Positions 54,850 to 64,000 of a stretch of DNA of 64,000 nucleotides are shown in pieces; positions within the stretch are counted from its first letter, which is position 1; each line of letters begins with the position of its first letter. This DNA is from Ranitomeya imitator. Its lineage: Eukaryota. The translations under genes were made by a program, and so were the position numbers. The stretch is from contig NC_091288.1 in NCBI RefSeq assembly GCF_032444005.1, positions 201,810,001 to 201,874,000 of the forward strand, given 5' to 3'. The notes under the pieces were generated by a model. The model saw only the letters and a list, made by a program, of their open reading frames with translations, made no database searches and was not told the origin of the DNA.

Positions 54850-56817
54850 GTGCTGCGGAAAAACAAGATGAAAATATTTCCTGATAGGAAGGAAAACACT
54901 GAGGCCGGAGCTGGAGGCGCCTGTTATATGTACAGGCTTACTGCGCACTGATTGGCTGCTGAGCTGCACCGTTCTGAGCTTCTATTGGCTGACACTGGAC
55001 ATAAACCCCGCCTCCTCCCAGCTGAGTCCGGGTGAAGCACCGCTCTCTCCTTGTGCTTCCCTGCCCGGGATAAAAGCCCTTTACCGGCTAACACCGGACA
55101 GCAGAGCGCGCTTCCTCCATCGCCTCTCCTTCTCCAACATCTCCACGGCCATTTGTAGCCGTCACTAGCAGAGATGCCGGGAAAGAGCGGAGAACAAATC
55201 CCGGGATCATCGCCGCCGTCCTCCCGATCTGCACCTCACTGTGTATCCGGGGAGATAAATCTGCTGCGGGAGCTCGTTCCTCCTATTCCCGGCTCTTGTC
55301 ACCATCACAGGGATCTTTACTCCAATGTCTATCGTACAGGGAGCTGATTGTACGATGTGGGGACGAGCTGGAGCTGCTGAGAACCCAGAAGGTAACACAG
55401 GCGACGGCCTCCGCTGACTGCCACCTCCCTGACCTGTGGTGTCACTGTACCCCGTATGTGCAGAGGATTGGGGGGACACGTGTTCCACACCAGTAGATGA
55501 TCCACATCGGTGGCTGAGTGCAATCACCTGCCTGATATCTTGTCTTAGTGGTGGGAAAGAGCTCTGATGAGGCGACAGCTGCACAGTGCGACTCCCCAAC
55601 CAAACACATGAACATCTCAGGGGAGAAAACTGAAATATTAACGGATGTATATGACCCCCACTATTATGCAAAAGGGGAATATTGGGAGAAGAGCGGAGAC
55701 ACAAAATCCAGCGTCTACACAGAGAACACAGCTGTATATAGTATATATAGTGCACAGCATCACATCTGCACAGCCCAGATCAGCAGTGTAATAAGTGCCA
55801 CTGATAATAGAGGAGAGGGTACAGTATATACAGCAGAGTGTACAGTATATACAGCAGTGTATAGTATATACAGCAGTGTACAGTATATAGAGCAGTGTAT
55901 AGTATAGTGCGGTGTGTACAGTATATAGAGCGGTGTGTGCAGTATATACAGCAGAGTACACTGTATGTAGACCAGAGTGTACAGTATATACAGCAGAGTA
56001 CACAGTATATAGACCAGAGTGTACAGTATACAGAGCAGTGTGTGCAGTATATGCAGCAGAGTACACAGTATATAGAGCAGTGTACAGTATATACAGCAGT
56101 GTACAGTATTTACAGCAATGTACAGTAAATAGACCAGAGTGTACAGTATATAGAGCAGTGTACAGTAGTGCGGTGTGTGTGCAGTATATAGAGCAGAGTA
56201 TACAGTATATACAGCAGAGTACAGTATATAGAGCAGAGTGCACAGTATAAAGAGCTGTGTGTACAGTATATACAGGAGAGGGTACAGTACATAGAGCAGT
56301 GTGTACAGTATATAGAGCACTGTACACAGTATATACAGCAGTGTGTACAGTATGTAGAGGAGAGTGTAGAGTATGTACAGCAGTGTGTACAGTATATAGA
56401 TCATTGTGTGCATTATATAGAGCAAAGCGTTCAGTATATAGAGCAGTGTGCAGTATAGTGCGGTGTATATAGAGCAGTGTATACAGTATACTATTATTAT
56501 TTTTTTATATAGCACCATTGATTCCATGGTGCTGTACATGAGCGGTGACCTCCCAAAGTGTAGAGGAACAATTCAAGAGTGTGGGGTACTTATTTCAGAA
56601 TTCGGGGGGGGGGGGGGGGGGGGGGGTTAACGGCCCGGGGGGGGGGGCATTTTTTTGAGGGGCATTACTTGTGGGCAAGGTCAATTTGGGGGGTCACAGC
56701 TCAACCCGGTTTTGGGCTATCAACCCCAAATTTTCAGGGTGTGTAGAGTACCCCTAGCGAACCAATAGTGTAAAAAATTGAGGGTGGCACTTTGAGGGCA
56801 CCCCAAAACTAATGCCC

Positions 56818-56848
<31 letters not shown>

Positions 56849-58856
56849 AAAAAAAAAAATGCCCCCCTCCCATTAACCTAAAAATTCTGAAAAAAAAAAT
56901 AGCCCAACTAATGAATTGTTCCTCTACACACTATGAAAATTTGACGTCGATAGCCCCAATCTGGGCTGAGCAGTTACCCCCCAAAGCTGCCCTGCCCATT
57001 GAAGCTTATCGCGCGCAGGGTCACTGCCCAGCCTGGTTTGTGCCCTACCGACCCCACATTTTCAGGGTGTGTAGAGGAACAATTCAAGAGTGTCGGGTAA
57101 TTTGTTCAGAAGTTTGGGGGTCGGGAAGGGGGGCATATTTTTGGGGTGATCTCAAAATGCCCCCCACATTTTTGCAGCACTGGTCCACTAGAGCTATGGG
57201 TACGCTACACACCCTGAAAATGTGTGGTTGATAGCCACAAACAGGGCTGAGCAGAGACTCCCCAAAGTGACCCTGCCCATTGAAGTCTATGGTGCGCAAG
57301 GTCACTGCTCAGCCCGATTTGGGTCTGTCGACCACAAATTCTCAGGGTGTGTAGAGGAACACTTTAAGAGTGTGTGGTAATTTTTTTCAGAATGTTTTGG
57401 GTCAACCGGGGCATTTTTTGGTGGGGCACAACGTTTGGGTTGCCCTCAAAAGCCCCCCAAAGTTTTACACCACACCTCCTTTGCTACATATCGAAGTATT
57501 GGCAATGCTGATGAGTATACTGGACCCCGCGATCACTTGGCTGGATGTGGGAATGTGCAGAGGAAAAATGAGGATAATGAACGGGATTACAGCAGCACCC
57601 CACATGCGGATGGTGGTGCCGAGAAAATCTAGTACATCAGCCTCATTCTGGAGAGGTGCTGACATGAAGGATTGATCAGCTCTCCGTGAGAGAGAGCGAG
57701 AAAGGAAAGAGAGAGAGAAAGCCTGATGTGACGCTACCGGGTCTCGGGTGGGGGAAGTCGCCGGTTCTGTAAAGCGAGTGTGTAGTGGGGGTCAGCACAC
57801 ACACGGCGACTAAGGAGTTAAATGGAGGCGGATATTCCTGTATCTGGGATTGGTCGGCGCCTGCGGATGTCTCTCGCTCATTGGCTGATTACAGATCCGT
57901 TGATGGTTTTGAATTTCCCGCTCAATATCTGTTCTTTGTCCGTCGGATTATTACCGGCCCCTCTGCTGGAGCGGCGATCGCCGATAATACCGGGTCCTGT
58001 CCTCCCAGCTGTCTGCCCCCAAACACGGGGATCGGTTTGCTTATCGGTTGCCATTAATATTCTGGGGAGGTTATAATAGTCTTCAGAGGCGCCTTCCATC
58101 CGAAACATTAGTGTCCAGGACGTGGTCATCACATAGGAGTCTCCGTACCCGGTACACAGGGCGTCCGTCTATCCAGCTGCCTCAGACAGCCACATTCCCT
58201 GTGAATATTCGCTGCCCCCTGTTCAGTATAACATCAAGTAGCAGAATCAACACATTCATCTCACGGCAGGACTGTAGTAACCGCATCACTCCGGGGTTTG
58301 TACTGTGTGCATAGAGGGGCCTCCGGGAGGCAGTGTGCGGATATATCCCCCATAAATCTGTGAGGTTTGAGATCAATAAGAAGAAACCGCATCACCCGAA
58401 GTTTGCGGTGCCGGCTCTAGTATGGAAAGACGGGGAGGAAAATAAGAGGGAGAGTATAGAAGACACGTCCCAGGCTGTGACCGATACTACAGGCAGCCGC
58501 ACGGGGGATATTGTGCCCTGCAGAGACGCTGCGCCCGATACTAATCAGCGCCCAATAAAAGCAGGATCTTAGGACAACATCTTAACAGATTTAGAAAACG
58601 CCGGGAGTTGCTCCGTTATTAGAGCTGTAGAGGGATCTGCTTGGGAAAACCAGGTTAGTCTTTCTAGGTCAAAATATTGGAAAAGACCCTAGTCCCAGAT
58701 CACACACTGCGGGCACATCCCAGAATCTGGATAATGCGGCTTCATTCCTTCGACCGGAACCCACAGCATTAGTGGCTCAGTAAAGGTTCTAAACGATATA
58801 TTAACTTTATAACCACCAGGAACCAGAGCGCAGGAATAGGAAGGTGCAGCCTCTCA

Positions 58857-59354
<498 letters not shown>

Positions 59355-61944
59355 CTACATTTGCCCCTCCCTTCCTCTGCTGATTGGCTGACCACAGAAC
59401 TGTTGGGACGTTTGAGTTTCCCGCTCATTTGTCATATTCTGCAATTATCTTCCCAGCTTGTATTTTATGCAATTTCTTTCCCTTGTGACTAAGATATCCC
59501 ACATATTTTCATCACCGTTCCAGATCATCGTGGTTCATACCATCCACAATGTATGATGCCCCCACTTATCCCGCACACAGTATGCTGCCCCCAAAGTTAT
59601 CCTCCACATAGTATGATGCCCCCTACACAGCAAGATAACCACACAGTAGGATGCAGTTACTGTTTAAGGGTATGATATCCCCAGTTACTCCGAAAACAGT
59701 ATGATGCCCTAAGTTACCCCCCCCCCCCCCCCCCAACACACACACAGGAAATATGATGCACCCACAGTTACACCCTATACAATGTGATACCCCCAGAGCG
59801 ACCCATCCTCAGTGTAATGTAATGATTAACAATTGTTCATGTTATGGTGAAAGTCTTCCATTAATGGAGATTTGGAAGGGTGAAAGAAGCAAGAGAAATT
59901 AGAAGAGATATTTCATCAGATCAACATCTGGTGATTAAATGTTCATTTTTGCCATTACCTCATGTACAAATCACAAACCAGAGAGACACATTTTTATGCA
60001 GTTTTTTATATATCATGTTATGCTTTAGTAATGCAAAATCACATGACTGGGCCTTTAATTGTAAAGTACAAATTATTAGGGGTTTTTTTGCTTCTTTTTC
60101 ATTGTTTGTCTTAATGTGAAAACTGTACTGGCAGCAAAAGGGTTAAAAAACCAGTGTAACAGAAAAATGATCCCTACTACATTGCCCTCTATAGTGCCAG
60201 AGGCATTTACTCTCTTACAACCAGGACTTACTTCTTAGGCGTTAGGGCAGTGAACCCATTAAATGCTGCAGGTCAGTTACTGAGTAGCTGTATGATGGCT
60301 CCTGGGTCCCAGTAGGGCACTGTATGAAATACCAGGTCGGATCCACTGCCAATTACAGCACAAAGCCATTTTTGGCAGTGAAATCTGATTAAGAAAAGTC
60401 CCTTCAACATCCACACCAGTAGCAATATGCATCGTGCATCCCCCCATAAAGTGGTTTTGACGTCCTGCAGCAGTGACAGGGGAGTCTAGCGAAGATAATC
60501 GCTGTTTTTCGGCAAGGAACATTCCATGTTATCCAAATCAATTTTCTTTATGACCCCAGTGGCCCATTCTGGTGGGCGCTCCTGCCGGCCCCAACAACGT
60601 CCCCGCCTGCCATTTGCGTTTCTTTTATCGTGTGCTCCAGCCAGTCTCTTCCATGCTGTTCGGAGGGATCAGTGTCCCCATTGCAGTTTGGGCTACACAG
60701 CGAGAAGGATTTCACAAGCCTTTAATGCCACTGGCCGGTCACAGTCACACAGACAAGTCAATAAGGCCGGAAAAAGCCCGACTCTTTCACATGTAACCAG
60801 AGCGTCGGAGATGGAACCTGAGCTTCTGCTAGATGGCAGCCCTATAGTGTAAGGGCACGTTAGGGACGGCCCCATCTCCAATATTTGTGACATATACACA
60901 TATAGGAATCCTTAGCCAAACAGTAAACACCTTTACCAAAGTCACGGTTTGTTTAGAAGTCCGACAGCCGAGCAGGTGCGTTTGGAGGTCTGGCAGCAGG
61001 GCAGCGCATTTCGAGATCCAACAGCTGTGGAGGTGCGTTTCAAGATCCGACAGCCAACGAAGAGTATTTCGATGTCCGACAGCCGGGTAGATGTGCTTCG
61101 AGGTCCAGCAGCCGCGGCGGAGTGATTCGAGGTCCTGTCACGTAGATATATATCCAGTTAGTGCAGTGTACGGGGGAACACAGGTGTTGGTTCTGCCCCG
61201 TATATATATATATTTACAGTGTATACATTGTTTGCGGTGTATAGGGAACACAGCGCTACCGGGGCCTGGGGTGAAGGTGCCGCATCTTTGGATACTCTGA
61301 TGAGAGATCAGCTGGAACACGGAAAATAAGAAGTTAAATGGAGGAGACACGTCTGTGTACCTGATGTACGTAGATGTCTCTCCTCCATTTAACGTCCTAT
61401 TTTCAAGGCTGAGCTTTCCCAAGGCTGCCCGCTCATTGTCTTATCACATGATCCTTTGGGGGATTTGAGTTTCCCGCTCATAATCTCTGGAGGATTATTA
61501 CCGGTCACTGCCGATAGCGGAGATCACAATCCGGTCACACCCGGAACAGCGCGGAGTCCTGTCCTCCAGAGCCGCCGCACACGGGATCGTCCTCCGAGAG
61601 AAGGCGCCGTCACTGATGTGGAGGAGAATCACCCGCCCGGTCCCCTTACTGCGGGACCTGCTAACTACATGTAGACCTCAGCGCGGAGTATCAGACACTA
61701 ATGAGGGGACATTTCCTGCGAGCTTGGCAGACGACACTCCCACCTGAGGGGTCTGAGACTTCATGTGGGATTGACCCATTCATCTCCTATTATTCTGTGG
61801 ATATGTGCACCAACAATGGCGGCAATGGTGTATGTACCATCAGCCTCATGTGAGGACCCCGAGATAGGCGGCGCCGGCTCTTGTGGTGACGGTGTGGGTG
61901 GCTCTTAGAAGAGCCTTTGGTTTTGTAGAGATTGGCGGCAGCGC

Positions 61945-62406
<462 letters not shown>

Positions 62407-64000
62407 TTATATAGTCTGCTGCTCCGCCCTCCTCTCCTGTCATTGGATGACTCTGAAGCTGGCCAATGGGGAAGAGTCTTGAGGAACCGCCAATGAGCTG
62501 CCGAGGGCGGAGCTTATTATTGCTCCTTGCTCAAATTAGTTTCTCACCCAATAGAAAACGTTCGCTTTGGACCGAATAGATAAGGGGTGAAAACAGATAT
62601 TTGTCTTGGAGCAGAAGGAAGTGCAGAAATATTCTGTTGATTTGTAGTTTGCACTTGTTGAATTTGTGTCTACTATCAGCCATAAATTGCACTGACAGTC
62701 TGGTGGGTGAGGGGTTAATCCCTGTCAGTGCTTCTCCTCCGCTCCATCTGCACAGGAGGCGGCTCCTCACTCACCCGCTTATTACCCTGTGCAGATTCCC
62801 TGTGGTGTCCGCGCTGATCCTATCACAGCCTGACTGAGACAAGTCTCCTATGTTCTGCCCGGAGCCTGATGTGACGCTGCCGGTCCCGGGTGGGGGAAGT
62901 CGCCGCTTCTGTATTGTATGATACAATATTGTTCTGCTCCAGGAAGACATCCAGGCCTCTCTTGAACCCCTCGACTGAGTTCGCCATCACCACCTCCTCA
63001 GGCAAGCAATTCCAGATTCTCACCGCCCTAACAGTAAAGAATCCTCTTCTATGTTGGTGGAAAAACCTTCTCTCCTCCAGACGCAAAGAATGCCCCCTTG
63101 TGCCCGTGGCCTTGGTATAAACCTTGGTATAAACAGATCCTCAGCGAGATATTTCTATTGTCCCCTTATATACTTATACATGGTTATTAGATCGCCCCTC
63201 AGTCGTCTTTTTCTAGACTAAATAATCCTAATTTCGCTAATCTATCTGGGTATTGTAGTTCTCAATAGAATTGTAGTTCTCAATACCCAGATAGTGGTAA
63301 TGTTCTGAGCAGGGACACTCCGCAATCTTCTACACATGATCGTACATTTCCCATCACAGAGGGATCTGCTGGGAAGGGCAGAATTGGTCTTCCCTGAAAT
63401 GTCTCTTGTAGGATACGTCCCTGACCAGTATATCGTCTGCACAGTACTGATTGTGACGGGAAAGGGACGATCTGATCGTCTCCAGGTCAGGCACACGGGC
63501 ACATCACAGCATGTGGAGAACACGAATCAGTCTCTATATCTATGAGTGGAAACAGGAGCGAATACTGCACCGCTAACCTGGAAATCTGCAGACTCCTGTG
63601 TGGGATGTAAGAGAGCAATGATCGCTCAACACAAGCAGATTTCCCGATATCGGTCCTGGGAGCACGTGTCATATGAAGACAAAGGACGGAAAAAAGCGGG
63701 AACTTTAAACTTTTTACCATTGGAAACATTAGCTCCTCCCTCTGCTGATTGGCTGAACACAGGACGGTTAGGGGGGTTTGAATTTCCCGCCGCTTCTAAA
63801 TGTAATGACGTCATTTACACTGTAAAAAGAATTCAATTAGGCTCTAGATCAACTCCACCGACCACCACAAATGGCTCCTGTTAACGGAGAAAGGAGAGTA
63901 ATGAACGAGACCCCAGAATGCCGAGATCTGTGCAGCAAGGGGTTAAATAAGTCCCTGAATACACATCAACTCACTGAGCAATGCCCAGATTATTCCTGAG

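Overview
Eukaryotic genomic DNA, inferred to be from an anuran amphibian (Xenopus-type H2B N-terminus, frog-type CR1 and simple repeats). The window is a tandem array of replication-dependent histone gene clusters. It holds two full ~20.8-kb units, one 12.4-kb deletion variant lacking H2B and the second H4, and the start of a fourth unit. All intact genes are on the minus strand, in transcription order H1-H3-H4b-H2B-H2A-H4a, and each ends in a canonical histone 3' stem-loop. Most of the H2B coding region is replaced by 285 N in both copies. The most unusual features lie in the spacers. (1) A 36-bp minisatellite starts at the H1 stem-loop and is a tandem amplification of the cleavage-site/HDE segment, with a 9-nt U7 snRNA-complementary site per unit and about 40 units per array. 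(2) A second, inverted array of the same repeat follows an 'empty' H1-like locus that has H1 upstream DNA, CCAAT and TATA but no histone ORF. (3) A CCAAT...TTTGAA-TTTCCCGC module occurs 7 times per unit, 5 of them with fixed 34-35 bp spacing. (4) There are two H3 relics, one with an intact orphan stem-loop, plus a 29-bp core-and-spacer array and a 61-nt G.U-rich hairpin. The long ORFs over repeats in the ORF track are artefacts. No database searches were run, so novelty is unverified.
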